A stretch of 63,697 bases of DNA, counting the filler, from Calcarisporiella thermophila CBS 279.70 (lineage: Eukaryota; Fungi; Calcarisporiellomycota): NCBI RefSeq assembly GCF_041956535.1. It is 5 parts of 5 records of this genome, joined end to end, with 100 filler letters (N's around TTAATTAATTAA, not from the genome) between each part and the next. Parts side by side here need not be neighbours in the genome. Positions count along the whole stretch, not along the records: positions 1 to 28,423 come from NW_027192194.1; 4 more parts are not named here. One strand, 5' to 3'. A model generated the notes under the pieces. That model worked only from the letters and a program-made list of their open reading frames with translations, had not been told where the DNA came from and made no database searches. The position numbers and the translations under genes were made by a program. Below, piece by piece: positions 13,661-24,667 of the stretch (positions are counted from its first letter, which is position 1; every line of letters begins with the position of its first letter).

Positions 13661-13770
13661 TTTTATTTATTGTCTCAACTTTCCTGTTCTCGACTTTAAC
13701 TTCTTTTTACTTTTCATCCTACTTCATTCTTCGCATTGTACGCGTTCTTATCTTGTGAAAATCAATCAAT

Positions 13771-15702
13771 ATGGCTCCCATCACTGTCATACCCGTCAGT
13801 CTTGACGCTCTTAACGTCAAACATAAAGACCTGGCCACAGCAAATGGTATCAACCCCCATCCTAACGCAAAAGCAAATAGCAAAGACGTCGCTCCGGCCG
13901 TTGCTCCCGAATACCTTACCAAAGCACGCAACAACAACATGGCTCGCCTGCTCGCCTGCCTTGTCAACGAGGGTTGGGGCAATGCCTACATCGCACCACA
14001 CGCTCCTGTTGGAGCAACAACAAGTAGCCCCAGTGGACGTTGGATGCTAATTGCAAGTAGTCTTACCACACCTCCTCCCGCTCAGAGCCTCGAGACATGT
14101 CTGTGGGTGCCGCTCCGCAACATGCCCGTGGTGCAGCAGAACTCGGACTCAGAGTGGCCGAGAGTGACGTTGCTAGATCAAAACGAGTTTGCTTTCCCCG
14201 TATATCGCACAAGTAAGGTGACCCACCCGGCCGACGCAACGGAGCCGATGGAGGCCGTTTTGGATTCAATCGAGGCGCTAAAGATGATGCAAAAGTGGCA
14301 CAACTGGTCCCAGCCCGAGGTGGACCAGCTCGCTTCTCAGCTTGCAAGTTCAATACGCAACCAGGCAGTTGCGTACACGCGCCGTAGTCCGCTCCCCCAA
14401 CTTGGCAAAGCAACCGCCATGGATTGGGAACTGAGCTTGGTTGAGGGTCACCCCACGCACCCGATGAACCTTGCTCTTCACGCTGTCGATCCTTTGCCTC
14501 CGCTACATGATGTGACTCCCCTGTTGCGCCCCACCCTGCGCTTTTGCGTTGTGCCTCGCGACGAAGTGATCGTGTGCGGTGAGTTTGAAAAGACACTTGC
14601 TCCGTTGCTGATCGATGCAATTTACGATCGTGAGAACGAGGTGGCTGTGCCTGTTCATGAGGTGCAATTGCCCAACGTCCTCTCTCGCTTCCCCAATGCT
14701 CGGCTCCTCGATGTCGCTGTTCCCGCCACTGCGCAATCTTCGATTCGCACAGTGGTACCCGACACACTTCCCTCCATTTCCCTAAAATTGCCGCTGGGTA
14801 TCGTCATGTGCACATCACTACGCACCCTCTCCAAATACTCTGCTTATCAGGGTCCAGCTTTGGTGCCTTTTCTTCACAACGTCATTGATGACCCGGATCT
14901 GCTTTTGCCTGTGGACGAGTTTGCAAGCTGCTTGCCGCGACACCCTAGCAATGCCGTTGCCAAGCATATGACCTGCGTGCTCCGAAGAGATGTGGACACC
15001 CTTGTGGCGCCCCGCGGTGAAATTGCATTGACCGCGGCTGCGTTGATTGAGCGTGATGTAGACGAGCAGTACGTGTTGACCAAGGTTTTCAATCTCGACA
15101 CGTTCACAAAACGTAAAGCTTGGTTACAACGCTATATCCAGCTCGCCATCAAAGCATATATTTCGCCATTGAAATATGGCGTTGCTTTTGAAGGTCATCT
15201 GCAGAATTCGCTCCCTCGTTTCAAGCGTTGCCCCGAAACTGGAGAATGGGTTCTTGTTGGATTTGCGTACAGAGATTTTGGCGGTATTGAGGTGCATGCC
15301 CCCACGCTCCGCGAGACAACGGGCCTCACCTTGGATGTTCTCGACGAGAAGGCGTTTGTATTTTCCGAGAAGATGTCCTCTTTGTATAGTCTCGTGTTCC
15401 ATGCGCTCTTCCAGTGTCATTTACACTTGATTATCCGCGCCTCCGACATGCACTACAATGGCGAGGGCTGGCGTATGGTACGTGAGGAGCTTGAGGCCAC
15501 TCTCCCTCGTGATAGCGACATCTATCGTCACTATTTGCAGAGCCCTACTGCGGATTGGAAGTGCTATATTGGCATGAAACTTCAGGGCGCTGAGATCGAC
15601 ATTATGTATTCCAAGATCACCAATCTGATTGTCTACGACCGACCCTCCGACGAGCTTGCTGAGCAGCAGGATGACGCCCATGTATATACAGTGTCTCGTT
15701 AA
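13771..15702 (+). CDS. NRPS-independent siderophore (NIS) synthetase, IucA/IucC family, rhizoferrin synthetase (Rfs)-like, intronless
   Basis: 643 aa; ARLLACLVNEG, WELSLVEGHPTHPM, VPVHEVQ, AQSSIRTV, LKLPLGI..TS.RTLS, FEGHLQN, RDFGG; C-terminal ferric-reductase-like domain region. Confidence 0.92.
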   Translation: MAPITVIPVSLDALNVKHKDLATANGINPHPNAKANSKDVAPAVAPEYLTKARNNNMARLLACLVNEGWGNAYIAPHAPVGATTSSPSGRWMLIASSLTTPPPAQSLETCLWVPLRNMPVVQQNSDSEWPRVTLLDQNEFAFPVYRTSKVTHPADATEPMEAVLDSIEALKMMQKWHNWSQPEVDQLASQLASSIRNQAVAYTRRSPLPQLGKATAMDWELSLVEGHPTHPMNLALHAVDPLPPLHDVTPLLRPTLRFCVVPRDEVIVCGEFEKTLAPLLIDAIYDRENEVAVPVHEVQLPNVLSRFPNARLLDVAVPATAQSSIRTVVPDTLPSISLKLPLGIVMCTSLRTLSKYSAYQGPALVPFLHNVIDDPDLLLPVDEFASCLPRHPSNAVAKHMTCVLRRDVDTLVAPRGEIALTAAALIERDVDEQYVLTKVFNLDTFTKRKAWLQRYIQLAIKAYISPLKYGVAFEGHLQNSLPRFKRCPETGEWVLVGFAYRDFGGIEVHAPTLRETTGLTLDVLDEKAFVFSEKMSSLYSLVFHALFQCHLHLIIRASDMHYNGEGWRMVREELEATLPRDSDIYRHYLQSPTADWKCYIGMKLQGAEIDIMYSKITNLIVYDRPSDELAEQQDDAHVYTVSR

Positions 15703-16468
15703 TTTAATATCCTCTGATTTTAATATCCATTTGTATATATATTTATTCTATTGTTATGTCTTGTTTCGAGGTAGTAGAAATAAATTTACACGATCTTTTT
15801 CTTAAACTTTCACTACGAGCACAAACTTCGCTTAGAGTTCTAGCACAAAAAAAATTTTTTATATTCTGAAACTAAGGTTCTTTCACATGGGTAGGCCTAT
15901 CTCTTGGCTGCCCCACATCTAAACGTAAATAAATCCAGGTTCAAAATTAATCTCTTCGATGGGCCTGCTCTTCCTCAAAAGGAGAAAAGTTTGACCTTAT
16001 CGATCTTGGACAAGCATATAACTTTTGGACGGAAAAACAAAGTAAAAACAAGGCCATTGTTTTAGCTGAAAATATGGTGTTGTTAGGGGCTTATTTAGAA
16101 TATTCTTATAACAGTGCAGCTTGTTTATCGAGTTAAGCACTAGATCTTTTTCCTTCCTCTCACCACAATCGTACGATAAGTGAGAGCCGAAACCAATCAA
16201 ATCCCAGTCATACATCAGTTAAGTCGGTGAAAATAATAACAAAGATCAGGCCACAAATTGTTCAAGCGCGGTTAAAAAATATTAAAAACACAGCGCTCCG
16301 ATGCGATCCCGACTCGCCTGGAACATAAAATACCACGCGCTGCCTCCTACGACCCCTTGTTTCCGCAAGTGCTGTCTGCATTCACATCGCCTCCATCCCT
16401 AATCCACTCTAGTCCTCCTCCTTCTTCTCTCTCATTCCTCCAAATCCATTCCCCATTTCATATTCATC

Positions 16469-18004
16469 ATGAGCCGACAGCCTAATGGTGCCGAGTCCGG
16501 CTCGGATACCGCTAACTCTCTCTCTCAAGAAAAGCCTCAGCTCATCAAGGAGGAGGACGGCACATACCCAACAGAGGAGGAACGAAAGGTCCCGTTGAAA
16601 TTTAAAATACTAGCCCTCCTGTGTGCTATCTTCTTCTCGGCAGGAAGTCACTTTGCCACGAATGCATTGAACTCTCTCAAAACAGCGCTCAAGACAGAAC
16701 TGGCAATCGACAATACCCAATATGGAGCAGCACAAGCTGCCCTCTATCTCATGAACACGTTGATCCCGGTGATGGGTGGCCTGATGATTGACCACTTTGG
16801 CACTATCAAAGGCTCCTTTGTATCTTCGACTTTAGTACTGGGAGGCAATATTCTGCTTCTCATTTCCGCATACGTTCGCAGTTATGGGCTTCTTGTGGCG
16901 GGACGTGTAATGCATGGATTCGGCTCTAGCATTATTATTGTAGCCCAGCAGACCATTTTGGGCCGGTGGTTCCGTGGGAGTGCTCTTGCCACTGCCCTTG
17001 GAATTCAGACCGCATCTACCAATCTGTTCGCTTACATTGCCCAGGTTTCTATGGTGCCACTCAAGGACTCTGGCTGGTGGGGCAACGGCTTTTGGCTCTC
17101 CGTTTCCATTTGCTTCGTCAGCTGGCTCACCGTGCTTATTTACGGATTTGTGCTGTACCGTTCTGGCGGCGAGCAAATTGGAAACCGACCCAAGCGGCCT
17201 CTTTCATTGCGCGATATCGTTCATCTTCCTGCCGCATTTTGGTGGATCCCGCTTATTATCTTTTTCTTTGGAGGCAGTACCTCACCTTTCCTTGGTTCCG
17301 TTATTGAGTTTGTGGGCAAGCGCTATGGGATGAAGGAACAGGTTGCTTCCGTCAACGGCAGTGTTTCGCTTATTGTACCTATTGTATTGTCGCCTTTGAT
17401 GGGCGGATTCCTTGATCGGTTTGGTCATCGCACTACGATGGTGATCTTTGCAAGCTTCTTGCTGATACTCAATTATGCACTACTGGGCTACTCTTGGGCT
17501 CATCCTGTTGCTCCGCTTGTGCTATTCTCCATTGCCAATGCCGTTGGGCCCGTCGCATACAACTCGGCTGTAGCCCTCATCTTGCATCCAGACCTCGTGG
17601 GCACCGGCTGTGGGCTTGTGCGTGCTGCCTTTAGCGTTAGTGTGTCAATGGTGCACTTGCTGACCGGCAATCTTCAGGACGCCTATGGCGGATCCTACGA
17701 TGGAGTCATGATCATGTTTTTAATTTTGTCTATCCTGACAACCTTAGTCGCCATTGGATTTGCCCTTTACGACCGCGCTTACTACTTCGGTATGCTCAAT
17801 GCCTCTGTTGCTCGGCGTCTTCGTATCATCGACACTAAGCGTGATCAGCTTCCGAACACCAGCAGTGCAAAGAGCAAGGTGCCTCTGCGCTCCTACATTA
17901 TCTGCGGCATTTTCCTCATCTTTGTTCTCGTTGCTTGGGCTTGGTTCATCTGGTCGCTTGTCGAGAATCCTACCAAGACTTTTGCTCGCTACAAATTCAA
18001 TTAG
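16469..18004 (+). CDS. MFS transporter, MFSD1-like, intronless (paralog B)
   Basis: 511 aa; clear paralog of the 11550-13094 gene (LxIxNTQYG.AQ, GRVMHGFGS, WFRGSALA.A.G, GGFLDRFGHR, LQDAYGGSYD). Confidence 0.88.
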   Translation: MSRQPNGAESGSDTANSLSQEKPQLIKEEDGTYPTEEERKVPLKFKILALLCAIFFSAGSHFATNALNSLKTALKTELAIDNTQYGAAQAALYLMNTLIPVMGGLMIDHFGTIKGSFVSSTLVLGGNILLLISAYVRSYGLLVAGRVMHGFGSSIIIVAQQTILGRWFRGSALATALGIQTASTNLFAYIAQVSMVPLKDSGWWGNGFWLSVSICFVSWLTVLIYGFVLYRSGGEQIGNRPKRPLSLRDIVHLPAAFWWIPLIIFFFGGSTSPFLGSVIEFVGKRYGMKEQVASVNGSVSLIVPIVLSPLMGGFLDRFGHRTTMVIFASFLLILNYALLGYSWAHPVAPLVLFSIANAVGPVAYNSAVALILHPDLVGTGCGLVRAAFSVSVSMVHLLTGNLQDAYGGSYDGVMIMFLILSILTTLVAIGFALYDRAYYFGMLNASVARRLRIIDTKRDQLPNTSSAKSKVPLRSYIICGIFLIFVLVAWAWFIWSLVENPTKTFARYKFN

Positions 18005-19205
18005 TCATACTTTCCTTTCATTTATATTACGATATCTATTGTTTTTTTTTATTTAATTTTTCTTAATAAACAAATTTAATATTGGTATTTTTCAACGAGA
18101 AGAGTATTTAAAATCCCTTTCTTTGAACAATAGTGCCTTTACATGACATATCAACCAGAAAAAAATGACTCAATAAAATGGAGTGAAAGGGTCCACTCTA
18201 CAAGATATTGAAGATAAACTATTCATTTAAGCTTGAGGTGTGAATAGATCTGCAAAGACAGGATCGCATCTATTCTATTCTCGACAGGGCCGGTTGCGCA
18301 TTTTTGAAATGCTGATAATAGTGTCTCCGTCATACTTTCAGTGGCGAGATTTGGCTGCGATCCCACTTAGCGATCACTAGAGTGGAAAATAGTTCTCCAC
18401 ATTGCGTCAATTGGGGCGACCTAACCATAGTGTCAAGCCATCCATTAACTCAATACTTAGAAAAGAAGTAAGCAAAGAAGTTAAGCTTCGTGGAGAAACC
18501 GCGGGCTTCTATGGAAGATGGAATCTCTTGGAATGCGTTCTTCCCAACTTCCCCAACATTTCCCACACTTTCCTCTTGCGCACTAACTCCTTACACCATC
18601 CCCTAATAGAATAGAACACAGTCCGGGTTTCCTTCATCCTCCCGTCCTCTTCCGGATATATACAAGTGGAGAAAGAAGCTTAAAGTTTCTGTGCCTTGTT
18701 CCATGGTACACAAGGGCTTTTCCACAAACTCAAATTTAATGTTTTCTGAAGTCTGACTTTGATTCCCTGGTTCAGGTTAATCTGATGGTTAGTTAAATAA
18801 GCCATCTTTTTTGGAACAGTGAGAGCTCCGCTCTACCCGGAGTTCCTAGGTCTTCCGAAGAATTGTTTTAGTAAAGCATTTTGTGAACCACTCATAGGAG
18901 AGTTGCTAAATACGCGGCGGCGCTTAATGACCATAGATCGATGCACCACCAAGCATATCCTCTGGACAAAGCAGGTCTTTTGCTATGCTTGCGACTCGAG
19001 AGAGAAACAAAAATAGACGTTCAAGTCATCTGAATTGGCTATTTTCCGTTCCAGATATAACAGGGCAAGGCAATTAGCATGAAAATAAGGGTACATTCGT
19101 TGAGATCATTATTAATTAAATATGCGAAACATTTTAAATCATCTCAATTCATAACAACACACAAATTAAATACGCCTCCATCGCTCCTCCCTTTCCTCCA
19201 TTATT

Positions 19206-20252
19206 CTATTTACCCAAAATAGTATTGAGCACCGCAGCCAATCGCACACCGGCTTGCGCAACAACGCGCTCCACAACGAGATTCTTTGAGACCTTGTCCC
19301 AATAGGCCCCCGTACTCAGCTCCGTGGTGGGGCTGTAGTTTTGCCAGACCACTTCACAATTCAATTTCCCGATGGGCTGCAGCCAGTGTTCGGGGCATAC
19401 CGGTGGGGCATTTTTTCCGGCGCTTGGGCATACGCTCCAGGTTTTGGACTCCTTTTTCCACACCGTCTTGGTCAGATTCTTCACGTGATCAACAAAGGAA
19501 ACCGTCCCTAGTTCACGCGATATCTTGGTGAGGATCCGGCTGTCCCAAACAGAGTGCAGACTTGTTTTGTGGCCCTCGAAAATGGCTGGAGCATCGTTGC
19601 CTCCCTTGAGCTTGCCGCACATGTGGAGAGGTTGGTGGGAATCGCCCATAAAATGCACAAGGAACCGTAGGGCCTGTTCGCGTTGATGGGCGTCTTTTTC
19701 GTGGGTCAAGCGATCTGTATAGTTGTAGATTGCGTTTATAACGTCGGCACCACCCTGCTTCCAGGTGAAAGTGCATTGCTTGGGGGGATCGTCATTAGGG
19801 GAATTAAAGAAATGGAGTGCGCCAGACCATGGCAGAACACCACGAACATGATCTATATGAAACAAAGGAAGTGGCAAGAAGGTTACTTTGATAAGAAGAT
19901 AGAAGGAAGCATGTTTAGGGGCCTATTACCTGCCCAATTGGCTACCCTGTCAATATCCCATAACGAAATAAACTTCCATGAATGACAGATGCTATGGTAC
20001 AATGAATAGATATCGACTTACGAATCGAGAGTTCCACCGGTGGAGGGGTCAAGGATGCTCTTGACTGCATTGGAAGCTTTTGGTGATAAATAACTCTGAG
20101 CAACTTGCGCAACAGCGATGTGACCTATCGATACACCATTAGCCAACGGAAGATCTCTCAAACACAGTAGACTTGCCATCGGCTCCCCACGCTTGTGTTT
20201 GGCCAGAAAAGGCGAAAATCGAAAGTAAAAAGAGTGCCGTAGTCTTGAGCAT
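19206..20252 (-). CDS. Secreted S1/P1 nuclease (multi-exon)
   Basis: Signal peptide then mature N-terminus WGADGH; WSGALHF; ALRFLVHFMGDSHQPLH; GGN; LHSVWD; AGVRLAAVLN. Confidence 0.93.
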
Positions 20253-20525
20253 GCTTTGGAATTATAAGCAGGAGCGGAACAAGAAGGTATGAATTGAAAA
20301 TATGGCCACGGTGTAGAAGGTGTTTAATTTTCTGGCACTATAAATATATATATATACTTGGAAACCTTGTACTTTTAAGGCTTATGACCAAGCAATTCCC
20401 TCCTGGGGTGGCTCACCGTCACACACAGGTTGCGCAAAATAAATTGCAAATCAGCACCTATTCATTAGCTTAAGTAACAACGGAACCTTTTACAGGCAGT
20501 CTTAGTTCTTTCTGGGCATAAATAG

Positions 20526-21588
20526 ATGACTATGATAGCACTCACAAGCTTGGAATCGGTGAGCAAGACGTTTGTACATTCGCTTAGCACCCCTTTCTCC
20601 ATACAGCGTCCGTTAGAGTTATTTTCTTCAGCTGACCCTCTTGCTGTTGCGTTTGTGATCGCGACGCTTGTAGGCACGTGGTGTTTGCTCGCATCATGGG
20701 TAACTGGAAATTGCTCACAAGTGGATTGCCTATGGTCGATTCTACCCGTGATCTACAGCTGGTTCTTTGCGGGACGAGCCTACTTGGAAGATCTTGTCCC
20801 ATCCTCTCGAATGCTCCTTATGGCGGGGCTAGTAAGCGTGTGGGGCCTTCGTCTGACTTACAATTATTATCGAAAGGGAGGCTACCAGCATGGAGCAGAG
20901 GATTATAGATGGTCATACATCCGAAAAAGATTGCATCCTCTCATGTATCAGCTACTAAATTTAACTTTCATCTCCTATTTCCAAAACTATCTCTTACTTG
21001 GCCTGACGCTGCCTTGTTACATTGCATATCTGACGCGACACACGGCAGTCGCATTTAATGTAATTGACACGATCGCTGCCGGATTGTTTGGTTTATTCCT
21101 AGTCGGCGAGGGTGAGTTTTTGCTTACTATGATTTTGTCCGCACCTAGACCGTTCTATATTTATGCCTATTTTAGTTGTTGCAGATGAACAACAATGGCG
21201 CTTTCAATCCCGGAAACACTACAAGCTCGCACATTCACTTCCTTTATCACCAGGCGATGAGAAACGTGGATTCCTTACCTCCGGATTCTTTCGTTATTCT
21301 CGCCACCCCAACTTCTTTTGTGAGATATCCCTATGGTGGGCATTCTATTTCTTTTGTGTCGCCGCAACCACCCCTGCCACCCATTTCCTGAATGTTCGGA
21401 TCGAATCTGTCCGCGATCTCTTACTCTGGCCCATTGCGGCTCCAGTGGCGTTGCTACTGCTCTTTGTTGGAAGCACTACTCTAACCGAGCATATAAGCGC
21501 AGAAAAATATGAAGACTATCATATTTATCGAAGAGCAACCTCCATGTTTGTCCCTTTGCCACCTAACAAGCGTGTCAAACTTGAATGA
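20526..21588 (+). CDS. DUF1295 / steroid 5-alpha-reductase-like membrane protein (2 exons)
   Basis: SQVDCLWS, WGLRLTYNYYRKGGY, EDYRW, ADEQQW, GFFRYSRHPNFFCE; intron 21112-21184. Confidence 0.88.
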
Positions 21589-21988
21589 GATAACTCAATT
21601 ATTCTTAAAAATTTCTTTGTTCATGGTTGAAATAATTTTCATCCCGACCACTTCAGAATAGACATTGCCTCACTGCGATGAAAACCAAGAGTAAATTTAT
21701 TGAGAGCATCCACCATAAAAACGCTCGACAAAAAAAATACCACTATACAAGTTTTGTATAATAAGATATTGGTTGGAACCGGAAGAATACATATTTCTTC
21801 GATGCTTTGCTATCCCGTCCCCCCCCCCCCAGCGTGTTTGATAAAACATTTCTCGTTCGCCAGAGTATTAGTAGTAAAAAAGTGTAAACCAAATCAACGA
21901 AAGGTGCTTATATAAATATCACAATATATACACAGAGTTCGAGCTAGGAAAAAAAAAGAAACTCTTCTCCTTCTTCCTAGCCTATTTT

Positions 21989-23470
21989 CTAATCCCTTCC
22001 GACCTGTACTTGCGAGAGCCAGCGCGGCCCAAAATATTCGGGGTGCAGGATGATGAGCACGATTCCCAACGCAATCAGTAGCAGAATGCTGATGGCGCTC
22101 AAGATCCGATTGTATCGTCTCCACTTGAAATGTTGAGCGGTCGCCAACGACTTTGGAATGCCCATGTAGAAACTGCCCACCCACCACGCCAGAGGAAATA
22201 AAAATCCGGTGGCAAAGAAGTAGCGGCCCACTTGTTCTTTGGCGGGCGTCCGTGGATGGGTGGGCTCTTGAGTGGGATGTTCCGGAAGTCTGTCTTTCGC
22301 TTGCATTTGCTCTTCCATCACGTAGGGTGGATTGTGGGTTTTAGCGAGAGAAGATATTTGCCTATTAGGACCCAACTCTGCACGTTCCCCATATTTAGAC
22401 CTGCGTCCTCTCTTCACTCCTTCTACTCCACTGGGCTCCAAACGCAGCTGCGCAACTAGATGATATGGGTCTATATGCGTGGATTCCTTATTCATGGGAA
22501 TATCATACGTGTATTCACGCTCTGCCAAGGCTGCTACACATCCGCAGCTTCGCCTACCGCAGTATCGAACACGTGTTCCGCGAAGATAGGCACCTTTTGG
22601 AACCATTCTAAGCAGAGAAGGAGGAGAGAGAACTGTGGAGGAAACAGTAGAAGTGAGTGGGTCGACGGAGGAGGACGTGGGAGCGGGCTCAGCAAGGGTA
22701 CACGAAGACTTAGTCTCAAGGGTTGAAAGCTTAACAGAACAGGGAGATATCACAGATGCAGATCCTGCAATGGTTAACCGTGAAGCGGTATCGGGGGGCA
22801 CTAACTCTGAGATAGAAAGAGTTGAGCCGGTTGGAGTGGGTGAAATTGTTGACGGAGGAGATAGAGAGGGTGTGGGTGGTAGCACTTTGACTCCCATATG
22901 CTCTTCTTTCTCTCTTTGTGCGCCTTTTTGGTTTGCCAGATCCACGTCATCAACACCAGATGTACCCCATGTGCGCGCGCCTTTAGGTCTATCCAATCCA
23001 CCCCTTTTACCCATATGCTCCCCTCTTACTCTACCTTCCAAGAGAATATCTGGCTTGCCTCGCTGCTTCGACGACAGCCACTTCTCACCCATCTCATCCT
23101 GTGATGAGTCCAGCTGTGTATCTTCGGAAGTTCCAGAAGAGCAGGAAGCAATAGAGGAAGTAGAGGATGACGAAGACGAGGGAACAATGGCTTTTTTTCG
23201 TCCCATATGCGTAGGGCTAATCCATTTTTCTTCCGAATCCGTTTGCTCTGACACAATGGTGGGCGATCGTGAAAAGGTGCGAGCAGATGAAGTATCTGAT
23301 GCTGGCGGAGAGATTGTCCAACATTCTCGCTGGCTAATTATGAGCTTGCGAGCGGCGTCATAACTGGTATCCTTACTGTGCAAGGTGTCGTAAGCCATTG
23401 GATGAGACGGTTCATTTTGAAGTTGCATCGCCTTGACAGGTTGCTTGTTTGTTATATTGAGATTTCGCAT
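21989..23470 (-). CDS. Hypothetical protein: disordered Ser/Pro-rich body with two C-terminal TM segments
   Basis: 493-aa intronless ORF; FFATGFLFPLAWWVGSFY...WRRYNRILS-TM tail. Confidence 0.65.
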   Translation of the reverse strand: MRNLNITNKQPVKAMQLQNEPSHPMAYDTLHSKDTSYDAARKLIISQRECWTISPPASDTSSARTFSRSPTIVSEQTDSEEKWISPTHMGRKKAIVPSSSSSSTSSIASCSSGTSEDTQLDSSQDEMGEKWLSSKQRGKPDILLEGRVRGEHMGKRGGLDRPKGARTWGTSGVDDVDLANQKGAQREKEEHMGVKVLPPTPSLSPPSTISPTPTGSTLSISELVPPDTASRLTIAGSASVISPCSVKLSTLETKSSCTLAEPAPTSSSVDPLTSTVSSTVLSPPSLLRMVPKGAYLRGTRVRYCGRRSCGCVAALAEREYTYDIPMNKESTHIDPYHLVAQLRLEPSGVEGVKRGRRSKYGERAELGPNRQISSLAKTHNPPYVMEEQMQAKDRLPEHPTQEPTHPRTPAKEQVGRYFFATGFLFPLAWWVGSFYMGIPKSLATAQHFKWRRYNRILSAISILLLIALGIVLIILHPEYFGPRWLSQVQVGRD

Positions 23471-24667
23471 GCCAAAGTAATGATTCTAATATTCGCTTAC
23501 TGTAATGGGTATGGCGAAGCGTAGTAAGAAGAGTCAAACAGGCAACAAAAAGACACGACGACTGCTAGTTAGAGAGTATGAGGGGAAAGATTCATTACAC
23601 CAACGGCGAGTTGGGTCTCAACGAAAAAGAGGGGCAATAAAGAAGCAAACGTATTCACAAAATAAAAATAAAAAAATAGGAGCTGTCATGAGAAAACCTC
23701 CGCTTTCGTCGCATTACTCTTTAGTCGTCAGTTTTTATTCTCGGGTGCTATATCAAAATATCCCCCTTCTCCCTATTGCGAAAATATATTAATCGATCTC
23801 CCTCCCAATTAGGGAACTCTCATCCAACCTTGTGGCGATTTTAATGCTGCTACATAATCATCTCGAAATCTACCGAGGCCTGCACCATTTAGTAAGCCTC
23901 GGGCAATTTTAGAAAAATTTGCGCCAGACCAACGGGATGGGCAAGCCAACATCCTATCGCGCGGGTAAACACGCCTTCGTAAGGCCCTCTGTATCATCGG
24001 AAACCTGCGAGCCGCCACGCATCATGGTTGGCCGATGTAGTATTGCTTCATTAGAACCCTCCGAAAAGCGCAAAAGCCGACTGGTAGTCAAGTGAAGGCT
24101 TAATATTGCGCAATTTCCCTGCAGTTGGCCCTCCTCCCCTAAACAACATTGGCAGTGGTGGCGGCTTGAAAAGGCAAAGTCCACTAGGATAAGAAGAGGT
24201 GCAAGTGTGTAGACATAAGCATGGGTATGTATTAATTGCATTTTCTTCTTGAAACTTGGGCGTGCTAAAGGAGTATCCAGTTGATTGTCATCGTCTGCAA
24301 ATGGGAGTTAGGTTCTTCCAGCCAAAATAGTTAGTCGCGCCTTGGATGTAGGTGTAAATTCGGTAATTTCTACGCAGCCATTCCTCGCCAATATAATGTC
24401 GAATTTTTTTAATATGTCGGTCATGTTGCATTAAGGATGGGCTCGCGAATCGATTTGAATGCAATTGTTTTCTTTAAATTTTGGTGATATTGACTGTTTT
24501 TCTTTTTGGGAAATTCTCCTAACGGTGGCAACATTGGGTTGAAAATGACTCCAGATGGTACGTGGCTTGGATTTACATTCTTGATGACGTTTTGAATCTC
24601 TCAGTTCATAGAGACTTTTAGCAACTACAATCACGGAGTGTAAGATAAATTCATCAGTAAATTAAAT

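Noticed and set aside
22635-23363. 242-aa antisense ORF, and similar shadow ORFs over the NIS, MFS and G6PD genes
   Set aside because: Overlap real genes on the other strand or frame; no recognisable motifs
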